A stretch of DNA of 24,276 nt from positions 1-24,276 of IMG/VR virus record IMGVR_UViG_3300046824_000063; one strand, written 5' to 3'. The DNA comes from a virus (lineage: Duplodnaviria; Caudoviricetes). The notes beneath the pieces were generated by a model. The model did not search any database and was not told where the DNA came from. It saw only the letters and a list, made by a program, of their open reading frames with translations. The position numbers and the translations under genes were made by a program. Shown in pieces: positions 8,906-15,979 of this stretch (position 1 is the stretch's first letter; each line of letters starts with the position of its first letter).

Positions 8906-10371
8906 GCCTGTCCGCCGCGCAGAAGCTGGCCCTGCTGCCGCCCGCCCTGCGCCGCCGCTGGCTCGGCGAGCAGACCCGCGAGACCCTCGATGACATCCAG
9001 AAGGGCGCCTGGTGGTGGGTCGGACGGCCCGAGCAGTTCAAGCCCCCCGGCGACTGGCTCGTCTGGCTGATCCGGTCCGGCCGGGGATGGGGTAAGACCC
9101 GCACCGGCGCTGAGTACCTCCTCGACCAGGTGTTCAAGCACCCGGTAGACGCGTTCGGCCAGCGCACCGAGTGGCTGGTCATCGCCGAGACTCTCAACGA
9201 CTGCCGCACCGCGTGCATTGAGGGCAACTCCGGGATGCTGTCCATCCTGCGTCGGATGGGCATGGAGAAGGGCCGCGACTTCGAGTACCGCAAGAGCCCC
9301 AAGCTCATGATCGAGTTCCGGTCGGGGCAGCTGATCTACTTCGAGGGCGCCGACAACGCCGACGTCGGCCGTGGCTACAACGCCGCCGGGCTGTGGGCTG
9401 ACGAGCTGGCCAAGTGGCGCTACACGTACGCCGCCTGGTACGAGGGCATCCTGCCGTCGATGCGCGCCCCGCTGATCGACGACCATCCCCGCGCGGTCGT
9501 CACCACCACCCCGAAGCCGATCAAGCTGCTGATCGAGTGGCAGCACAAGGACGACGGCACCGTCGCCATCACCACCGGCTCGATCTTCGACAACATCATG
9601 AACCTGTCGAAGCACGTGGTCGACGAGCTGCGGAAGATCTACGAGGGCACCCGGGCCGGGTTGCAGGAGCTGTACGGCCACCTCCTGGAGGAGATCGAGG
9701 GCGCGCTGTGGACGCGGCCCATGATCGAAAACAACCGGGTGAAGCCCTCCGACCTGCCCGAACTGGCTCAGGTCGTCGTCTCCATGGACCCCTGCGCCAC
9801 CGGCGCAGGCGACGAGACCGGCCTGCTCGCCGTCGGCCGGGGATACGACGGCAACGACTACGTGCTGGCCGACTGGACCTGCAAGCTCGTCGGCAATGCT
9901 GCCGCCCGCCGCGCGTGGCTGATGTTCCGCCAGTTCGGTGCGACCTGGCTGATCGTCGAGACGAACATGGGCAAGAAGTGGCTGATGCAGGTCATGACCG
10001 ACGCGTACAAGGAGATGCAGAAGGAGCACCTACCCGACTGCGCACATGCCGCCGAAGACGACGACGAATGCGACGGCTGCCTGTTCGAGGAGGGACCGCC
10101 GCCGATCCGGGAGGTCACCTCCCTGGCGGGCAAGAAGCTGCGGGCCGAGCCGGTCGCCGCCCGCTACGAGCAGGGCCGCGTCAAGCACGCCGGGGTGTTC
10201 CTGGAGCTCGAAGACCAGCAGTGCACGTGGATCCCCGGCGAGACGGCCAGCCCCGACCGGATCGACGCCCTCGTGCAGGCCGAGCTGTTCCTGATGGGCA
10301 AAGAGAACAAGCTGGTGAAGGTCGCCGCGCCGCCGCAGGACATGTTCATGCCGGTCTCGTCGGCGTACTAA
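8902..10371 (+). CDS. terL: terminase large subunit
   Basis: Walker A SGRGWGKT, Walker B WADE, motif III TTTP, nuclease residues SMDP..GDETG and SPDRIDA. Confidence 0.96.
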   Translation: MSLSAAQKLALLPPALRRRWLGEQTRETLDDIQKGAWWWVGRPEQFKPPGDWLVWLIRSGRGWGKTRTGAEYLLDQVFKHPVDAFGQRTEWLVIAETLNDCRTACIEGNSGMLSILRRMGMEKGRDFEYRKSPKLMIEFRSGQLIYFEGADNADVGRGYNAAGLWADELAKWRYTYAAWYEGILPSMRAPLIDDHPRAVVTTTPKPIKLLIEWQHKDDGTVAITTGSIFDNIMNLSKHVVDELRKIYEGTRAGLQELYGHLLEEIEGALWTRPMIENNRVKPSDLPELAQVVVSMDPCATGAGDETGLLAVGRGYDGNDYVLADWTCKLVGNAAARRAWLMFRQFGATWLIVETNMGKKWLMQVMTDAYKEMQKEHLPDCAHAAEDDDECDGCLFEEGPPPIREVTSLAGKKLRAEPVAARYEQGRVKHAGVFLELEDQQCTWIPGETASPDRIDALVQAELFLMGKENKLVKVAAPPQDMFMPVSSAY

Positions 10372-10566
10372 GGTGGGTGCCGTTGCCGGTCTCGTCACCG
10401 GGTTCCAACGGGTTGAAATCGCGGCAGTGCTGCGACACTCAAGACGTCCCGACTACCTCGCGTTGCGGCCACGGTGAAACTCCGGGCAGGGCGGCGAGGC
10501 TCGGGGCGCTCCCGTTTCCGTCGCACCCTTGGTGTATGCTGTAAGCAGACAACCGAGGGAGATGCA

Positions 10567-10740
10567 GTGACCAAGAAGACCAAGATCGTCGGCCTCGAAT
10601 CCGGCAAGTCCAGCAACAAGTGGTTCGGCAGGACCGGACACCCGAAGGGCTACGGCGCCAGCGCCGGAGACGGCCGCACGAGCGACAAGTCGATCCTCGG
10701 CAAGATCGTCGTCGTCTTCAAGGGCGGCGGCAAGAGCTAG
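10567..10740 (+). CDS. small basic Gly/Lys-rich hypothetical protein (57 aa)
   Basis: GAGGGAG RBS, own -10 (TATGCT at 10535), downstream hairpin. Confidence 0.65.
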   Translation: MTKKTKIVGLESGKSSNKWFGRTGHPKGYGASAGDGRTSDKSILGKIVVVFKGGGKS

Positions 10741-10748
10741 AACCGCGA

Positions 10749-10781
10749 GAGGCCCGGCCCCGTTTCGAGGGGTCGGGCCTC
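10749..10781. terminator. stem-loop terminator between convergent genes
   Basis: GAGGCCCGGCCCC-gtttcga-GGGGTCGGGCCTC. Confidence 0.7.
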
Positions 10782-10817
10782 CGCACATCCGGGCAGCGCT
10801 ACCCAGGAGATTCCACC

Positions 10818-11078
10818 CTACCGACGGGACCGGCGCCGCGTCCGCCGTAGCCGCGCCAGCCGCTGCTCTCGCACCTCGACCAACTGGCCGATCAGGTCCG
10901 ACATCGCCGTGAGGTCCAGCGCCGCGAAGCTTTCGATCGTCTTTACGCGCTCCGCATAAGGCAGCTCGGAACGGCACAGATCCGTGGCGTACCGGACCTG
11001 ATCCGAGGTCGGCTTCTGCCGCCACGAATTGATCGTGGGCGTCTCGAATGCGTCCTTCTCCAGCTCTCGCGTGCGCAT
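10818..11078 (-). CDS. hypothetical protein (MRTRELEK...)
   Basis: GAGGGA RBS; PTSDQVRYA...AMSDLIGQL pattern; Arg-rich tail. Confidence 0.65.
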   Translation of the reverse strand: MRTRELEKDAFETPTINSWRQKPTSDQVRYATDLCRSELPYAERVKTIESFAALDLTAMSDLIGQLVEVREQRLARLRRTRRRSRR

Positions 11079-11168
11079 GGTTCCCTCGCTCCTTCGGGGG
11101 TGATCTATATCCAGAGTGACAGCAGTTCGGCAGATATCAAGCTCAAATGGCATCCCGTACGTCAAGCG

Positions 11169-11197
11169 TTGACAACAATTTACACCGCACGTAGGCT
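11169..11197 (+). promoter_or_regulatory. near-consensus sigma70/HrdB promoter
   Basis: TTGACA-N17-TAGGCT; -35 lies in palindrome GTCAAgcgTTGAC; AAGGAGG RBS downstream. Confidence 0.75.
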
Positions 11198-11228
11198 GGA
11201 AGCTGACAGACCACAAAGGAGGCCCCCC

Positions 11229-11567
11229 ATGGACTACGGCATCGTCGACTCGATCAACCGCCGCGACGCGCAGCTCCTCGCCGAATTCCTCGACGCCCTC
11301 GACACGCGCCTCTCCGGCGACCGCCAGCCCTGGCACTTGGGCCCCATGGGGGCGGCGTTCATGGACAACGACGCCAGCGACGGCTACCGGGCGTGGCTGA
11401 TCGGCAAGCACGCGTGGCGCATCCCGGCCCTGACCTTCGACGGCCAGCCCGCCGACGGTGACTGGGACAACCTGTTCGCACACTTCCGGAACGCGATCAG
11501 CGCCCGGAGAGACCCGGAAGCCCCACACGCTAGGACGGGTGCGATCCAACCGTGCGGAGTGGTGTAG
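11229..11567 (+). CDS. hypothetical protein
   Basis: Strong promoter and AAAGGAGG RBS. Confidence 0.8.
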   Translation: MDYGIVDSINRRDAQLLAEFLDALDTRLSGDRQPWHLGPMGAAFMDNDASDGYRAWLIGKHAWRIPALTFDGQPADGDWDNLFAHFRNAISARRDPEAPHARTGAIQPCGVV

Positions 11568-11714
11568 GGTCTCGGTAGACGGCGGGGGGTTGCGAGGCCC
11601 GCAGCCTCCCCGGTCTGTCAACCCGGAGAACATTCCTAGCGCGCCGCTTCGTGCGTTCTCCGGGAGGTCGGGCCAGTAACCCCCCGCCGCCCATCACAAC
11701 CTCGGAGGAGAGAC

Positions 11715-11939
11715 ATGGGCCTGACCCTGTACCGCACCGTCGGCAGCTCCAACCGCGTCGCTCTCGGCGCCCTCGCCGCCGACGTGGAGTACTTCACGGC
11801 CGCGAAGGACGACACGGGCGTCATCACCCTCACCCCGGTGAACATCGTCGGCTCCACCGCCGCCACGGAGATGGTCGATGTCGCCGGTGGCGTCTACCCG
11901 CCCGCCGACAACCCCCCGTTCATCGACCCCAACGAGTGA
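11715..11939 (+). CDS. small protein, possibly AbrB/MazE-like swapped-hairpin fold
   Basis: GGAGGAG RBS; NRVALG...YF...DDTGVITLTP pattern. Confidence 0.6.
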   Translation: MGLTLYRTVGSSNRVALGALAADVEYFTAAKDDTGVITLTPVNIVGSTAATEMVDVAGGVYPPADNPPFIDPNE

Positions 11940-11989
11940 ATGCCCTCCCTGGTCCGACCGGCGGCCAGGGGTGATCTACCAGCCGGTCA

Positions 11990-12140
11990 GGGGCGCGTAG
12001 CTCAACAGGCAGAGCGACGTCCACCGTGTGGCGGGAAGACAGTGTTTGAGCACGCCCCCACACGGCCCCAACCGGAAGCGCGCGTGACCGGGCGGGGAGC
12101 ACGGACGTAGGGATGGCGGTTCGAGTCCCCCCGTGACCCA
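11990..12140 (+). ncRNA. tRNA-like RNA A with 80-nt structured insertion replacing the anticodon loop
   Basis: TAGCTCAACAGGCAGAGC D-arm; ACGTCC/GGACGT stem enclosing 12023-12102; GGTTCGAGTCC T-loop; imperfect acceptor stem. Confidence 0.65.
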
Positions 12141-12233
12141 CGCAGAGGAACGCCGGGTGTCGTCCAGCCTGTAGGGGCTCGGTCGGCTGCTCAGCCCGGC
12201 GCCAACCAACGCCCCCGCCATGAGCAAGCGGGG

Positions 12234-12305
12234 GGTGCTGTAGCTCAGCAGATAGAGCACCTGCCTCACGGCAGGAGGTCGGCGGCGCGAATCCGTCCAG
12301 CACCA
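12234..12305 (+). tRNA. atypical tRNA-like B (Val-CAC-like; 6-nt anticodon loop; CGCGAAT T-loop)
   Basis: GGTGCTG/CAGCACC acceptor, GCTC/GAGC D-stem, CCTGC-CTCACG-GCAGG, GGCGG/CCGTC T-stem. Confidence 0.65.
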
Positions 12306-12467
12306 CAGCCGAAAGTGCTTCATGGCTTGCACGCAGGCTGTACGTGACCCACCTCCGGGTGAGCAGTTACGACGCGCAGGAAGCTATCGAGGACGGCCTT
12401 GTTATGGCCGTGACGGTCACCAGAGGTGGCGGGCGGTAGACGTGCCAGGTGAACGCGTCTACCCCTC

Positions 12468-12553
12468 GGAGGGATGGTGTAAGCAGCACACCGGTCTCCC
12501 GGCCCCCCGGGACACCCCAACCGGTGGTGCAGGTGCAAGTCCTGCTCCCTCCT
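12468..12553 (+). ncRNA. tRNA-like RNA C with 24-nt anticodon loop containing a hairpin
   Basis: GGAGGGA/TCCCTCC acceptor, GTGT/GCAC D-stem, CCGGT/ACCGG, GCAGG-TGCAAGT-CCTGC. Confidence 0.7.
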
Positions 12554-12641
12554 CGGCCGACCCCGTATTCATGGTGCGGGCGAGGCAAGTCGCACGCCGG
12601 GTTCGATTCCCTTAGCTCTGGTGAGGGGCGTGCGGCGGCAA

Positions 12642-12714
12642 GTCCGGTACGGCTCGATGGACGAGCGCCAGCCCGGGGGGCTGGAGGATCGTGGTTCGAA
12701 TCCACGGCCGGGCA
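12642..12714 (+). tRNA. atypical tRNA-like E (Pro-GGG-like; loop CCGGGGG, no U33)
   Basis: GTCCGGT/GCCGGGC acceptor, GCTC/GAGC, CCAGC/GCTGG, CGTGG-TTCGAAT-CCACG. Confidence 0.65.
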
Positions 12715-12870
12715 CACAGCCTGGATAGACGGGCTGACGCCCCGGAAAGACGGGATGCCTGAGGCGGGACCGCTCGCCAGCGCCGGATAAGGAGGCAACC
12801 GGCTGGTAACAGGAAACGGTCGGGAAACGCCGAGCGGGTCGACACGCGGAGCACGGAACGACCTAGTACC

Positions 12871-12950
12871 GCTGCGCAAGACGGGATGGACACCCGTCCC
12901 CCTCCGCAAGAGGGGACCGAAAGGTGAGGGGTTCGAATCCCCGCGCAGCA
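12871..12950 (+). tRNA. atypical tRNA-like F (6-bp D-stem, variable arm, 4-bp T-stem; loop CC-GCA-AG)
   Basis: GCTGCGC/GCGCAGC, GACGGG/CCCGTC, CCCCT/AGGGG, ACC-GAAA-GGT, GGGG-TTCGAAT-CCCC. Confidence 0.65.
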
Positions 12951-13159
12951 CGGATGCGTCGTCGCTTCACTGCGAGTCAGGCCGTGGGCCGTTAGTGTCC
13001 TGCGGTACGCGACAGCGCTGTCTGACCGGCAAGACACCCGCAAGGTGCCGTTCACGCAGGTCAGGCGGGTTGCCGGAGGGGACAGCGGGAAACCCCCACG
13101 GCCACGGCGTGGTTTCACCCTCCGGCAACCTACCCACGTGCACCGAAGAAGGAGGAGCC

Positions 13160-13276
13160 ATGGAACAGACCGACAAGCTATGGCGCGCACTCGGCAAAGC
13201 CATCGCAGGCAACGCCAGCACCAAGCAAGTCTCCGGGATCATCGCCCGGCTCGACCGCGCCCGCGCCCAGCGCTGA
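13160..13276 (+). CDS. small hypothetical protein (38 aa, MEQTDKLW...)
   Basis: AAGGAGGAG RBS; TGATG coupling to the next ORF. Confidence 0.7.
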   Translation: MEQTDKLWRALGKAIAGNASTKQVSGIIARLDRARAQR

Positions 13277-13455
13277 TGCCCACCCGCTGCTCCTGCGGCT
13301 TCGAGATGTGGATGCTCGACGGCAAGACCTTCGGCATCCACATCTGCCGCCGCTGCGACACCTCCCAGCAGGCAGGTGGGATGCGAGTCGGCCCGCCGAA
13401 CAGTCCCGGAACCAAGAACGGCTGGTTCGCCGCACCGTTTGGAGACCACAAGTGA
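13276..13455 (+). CDS. small zinc-ribbon-like protein
   Basis: CSCG...CRRC; overlaps at both ends. Confidence 0.7.
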   Translation: MPTRCSCGFEMWMLDGKTFGIHICRRCDTSQQAGGMRVGPPNSPGTKNGWFAAPFGDHK

Positions 13456-14159
13456 CCGACCCGACCGGGTACACCCCACGGGACAACGCCCAGGCGCCCG
13501 CCCCCTCGCAGGCACTCCTGCTGCCGCTGGTGTCCCCCGAGGCCGCCGCCCTGGAGCGGGCCGACAACGTCATCACCGACGTCACCGTCTACGACGAGAA
13601 CACCCTGACGAAGGTCCGCAAGGGCCTCGCCAAGTGCGGCCTCGACGAGCAGGGCATCACCGACGCCATCAACGAGGTACAGAACCAGGGCGTCCTCTTC
13701 CGTGAAGGCGCCCCCGAGGAGGCGACCGTGGCAGTCCAGGACGACGACATCCCCACCCTGTCCGACGGCTACCACACGATGCAGGAGCTGTACGACCACC
13801 GCTGCGCCCTGACCGCCGTCCTGGCGACCATCGGTGCGATCGGCGGGGACTCGTGGCGCTCCAAGCAGCACCACCCCGAAGACGACCCGATGTTCGCGGG
13901 CTACTTCATCGTCGGGATGGAGCTGCCCGCCGGGACGGTCAGCTACCACTACCCGCTGGCCGACTGGGACCGCTTCGAAGCGGTCACCGTGCTGGAACAC
14001 TCGCCGAAGTGGGACGGCCACGACTCCGCCGAGGTTGTCGACCGGCTCCTGGACTTCGCCCGGCACCTCACCAAGGCGGCCCGGGAGCTGGGTGGCGGCA
14101 CCCTCACGTTCACCCCGGACGTGCCTAAGCCTGCCACGCAGGATGAGGTGGCGCAGTAA
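13452..14159 (+). CDS. WDGH-motif domain phage protein
   Basis: SDGYHTMQELYDHR...WRSKQH...SYH...WDGH; possible internal start at GTG ~13728 (GAGGAGG). Confidence 0.75.
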   Translation: MTDPTGYTPRDNAQAPAPSQALLLPLVSPEAAALERADNVITDVTVYDENTLTKVRKGLAKCGLDEQGITDAINEVQNQGVLFREGAPEEATVAVQDDDIPTLSDGYHTMQELYDHRCALTAVLATIGAIGGDSWRSKQHHPEDDPMFAGYFIVGMELPAGTVSYHYPLADWDRFEAVTVLEHSPKWDGHDSAEVVDRLLDFARHLTKAARELGGGTLTFTPDVPKPATQDEVAQ

Positions 14160-14407
14160 TGGCGAAGGGCAAGCCGCGTCCGTCTGGTGGTCGCCCCCCG
14201 AACCGTGGTGGCGGCGGCGCCGGGAACGGCCCTCTGCCGCACTACCGGTCCGGCGGTACCGGCGGCGGCACCAACCACAAGGGCGGCGACTGCTGCCCGA
14301 TGGTCGCCGCTGTCCGCTCGGCCGCCCGGGGCAGGTTCCGTCTCGCCGCCCGCTACGCCCGCCTGTCGGGGCGGCTGATCGTCGCGAGGGTGGCGTGGAC
14401 CGCCTGA
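14159..14407 (+). CDS. Gly/Arg-rich hypothetical protein
   Basis: TAATG overlap, GAGGTG RBS. Confidence 0.6.
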   Translation: MAKGKPRPSGGRPPNRGGGGAGNGPLPHYRSGGTGGGTNHKGGDCCPMVAAVRSAARGRFRLAARYARLSGRLIVARVAWTA

Positions 14408-14508
14408 TCCGGCCGATGGCTGTGCGGACCTCGTGCGTGCCTCGACGGTTCACCTGGAACTGGTGCTTCAACCGGCGCCCGCGCGGCTGTCCACGGCCGT
14501 AGGGTTCC

Positions 14509-14594
14509 GCGTCCCGGCTTGGTGCAAGGCTCCCGGAGTTACCGCCGTTCCTTTCCTCCGGGGGACAGCAGGTTCGATCCCTGCTCGGGACGCA
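14509..14594 (+). ncRNA. tRNA-like RNA G with reduced D-arm and 17-nt anticodon-position loop
   Basis: GCGTCCCGG/TCGGGACGC, CTCCCGGAG/CTCCGGGGG, GCAGG-TTCGATC-CCTGC. Confidence 0.6.
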
Positions 14595-14628
14595 ACACCG
14601 CAACGTTTTCGATCATGGAAGGAAGCCG

Positions 14629-14775
14629 ATGAACTGGCGCGAGGTAGGGAAGAGGCTCATCAGCCCGGGGAAGGCCGCCATCGCGCGGACCCCGCCGATG
14701 CAGGCGCCCATGCCGAAGTACACGCCCAAGAAGCAGGCCAGAGCGATCAACCCGAAGAAGCGGGGCGAGAAGTAG
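14629..14775 (+). CDS. small basic protein (48 aa, MNWREVGKRL...; not in ORF track)
   Basis: GGAAGGAAG RBS; open frame to TAG at 14773-14775, sandwiched between two tRNA-like RNAs. Confidence 0.55.
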   Translation: MNWREVGKRLISPGKAAIARTPPMQAPMPKYTPKKQARAINPKKRGEK

Positions 14776-14780
14776 CACGG

Positions 14781-14852
14781 TGTGGGGTAGCTCAACAGGC
14801 AGAGCAGTCGGCCCCGGAGTCGACGATGCGGGTTCGGACCCCGCCCCCGCAG
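14781..14852 (+). tRNA. atypical tRNA-like H (8-nt loop CCCCGGAG, short variable region)
   Basis: TGTGGGG/CCCCGCA, D-arm identical to element A, GTCGG/TCGAC, GCGGG-TTCGGAC-CCCGC. Confidence 0.65.
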
Positions 14853-15004
14853 CGAGGTCAGGCGCCCTGGGCTCATGCCCCCTGACCTGTGTTCCCCCCT
14901 GCCGCTCGACGGCCGCAGAACGCGGCCCGTATCCGGTTCACGGGCATCGGATACGACGTCGAACGCGCCCGCGAAGCGGCAGGGGCTCAAACGTCTATCC
15001 CGCG

Positions 15005-15034
15005 TGGACATCCCAGGCGCCCGTCGCGTATAGT
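15005..15034 (+). promoter_or_regulatory. sigma70-like promoter
   Basis: TGGACA-N18-TATAGT, then TGACAG and GGAGGAG RBS. Confidence 0.6.
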
Positions 15035-15069
15035 CGGAGCTGACAGGACACCGCAACGGAGGAGAGCAC

Positions 15070-15792
15070 GTGGACACGATCACCACTCACGGCCACGACA
15101 CCTGGAACGACTGGATCAACGACCCGCACAACGCCACCGCCGACGACCTCGTCAAGCTGGGCGCCCTGCGCAAGTTCATCTTCGCCGCCGCCGAAGACGG
15201 CCACAACAGTGAGCCGATGAAGCTCACCACCGAGTGGGTCAACAAGAAGCTCGGCCCCCTCGGCGTCACCGACCGCCTCGACGGCGACAGCGTCTACACC
15301 CTGGAGGCGCCCGCCACGGGCATCTACCGCAGGCAGGTCGTCGCCCCCAACCGCGACGCCGCCGCCCGCGCCTTCGCCAACCCGAGCGGCGACCTGGTCG
15401 CCGTCGCCAGCTACACCCTCCTGGCCGTCCCGACGTTCGTCTCCGGCCCGGAGGACCCGGACCCGACCGCCGTGCACCCCGACGCGCCCACCACGGTCAC
15501 TGGCACCCTGGAGAAGTTCCGCGAGGGCCTCATGCTGGCCGTCATTGCCGGTCCGCGCCTCTGCGACCACGGGGTGAACGAGGTGCTGGCCGACTTCGGC
15601 CTGGACCCGATCCCGGCGCGTAAGGAGTTCACGGTGACCCGCCCGGCCACCGCGACGGCGACCACGACCGTCACCGCGTACGACGCCGCCAGCGCGGAGC
15701 GGGTCGCGGAGTGGCGCTGGGAGAACGGCCACACCGCGTACACCGCTGAGCTGGCCGACGGGTCGGGCGACTTCGTCGTCGCCGAGCGGTGA
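15070..15792 (+). CDS. hypothetical protein with two-fold internal domain repeat
   Basis: GGAGGAG RBS; VNKKLGPLGV..YTLEAPATG..VVAPNRDAA vs VNEVLADFGL..FTVTRPATA..VTAYDAASA. Confidence 0.85.
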   Translation: MDTITTHGHDTWNDWINDPHNATADDLVKLGALRKFIFAAAEDGHNSEPMKLTTEWVNKKLGPLGVTDRLDGDSVYTLEAPATGIYRRQVVAPNRDAAARAFANPSGDLVAVASYTLLAVPTFVSGPEDPDPTAVHPDAPTTVTGTLEKFREGLMLAVIAGPRLCDHGVNEVLADFGLDPIPARKEFTVTRPATATATTTVTAYDAASAERVAEWRWENGHTAYTAELADGSGDFVVAER

Positions 15793-15909
15793 CGACCTTT
15801 CTGGCGGGCCTGTTCGGTGCGGTTATTGGGATCTCCGCCTATGACCTTCTGCAAGTCTTTCTGGAGACCCTGCGGACCAGGCACCGACGGCGCAAGTGAC
15901 AGTTTTTTA

Positions 15910-15961
15910 CAGCCCTCTTGCCCTGCTGGGCGAGAGGGCTGTATGCTGTGCATAGACAGAC
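15910..15961 (+). promoter_or_regulatory. hairpin-promoter cassette 1
   Basis: CAGCCCTCTTGCCC/GGGCGAGAGGGCTG hairpin containing TTGCCC-N18-TATGCT. Confidence 0.7.
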
Positions 15962-15979
15962 CAACGAGAAGGGCTGATC

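Noticed and set aside
10349-10396. 13-bp direct repeat TGCCGGTCTCGTC at the terL 3' end
   Set aside because: Only two copies 35 bp apart; may be an insertion scar, but there is no support for an att site or CRISPR
11990-12140. tmRNA or group I intron interpretation of element A
   Set aside because: Insert is only 80 nt, a full D-stem is present, and there is no tag ORF or intron core
12555-12618. Eighth tRNA-like element as a formal feature
   Set aside because: T-loop GGGTTCGATTCCC and two hairpins are present but acceptor pairing is weak
12140-13140. HDV-like (theta) ribozymes after the tRNA-like 3' ends
   Set aside because: Could not fit the P1/P1.1/P2/P3 nested double pseudoknot by eye; a motif search would be needed to exclude it
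11920-13190. ORFs listed across the RNA array
   Set aside because: No RBS or codon bias; the sequence is better explained by RNA structure
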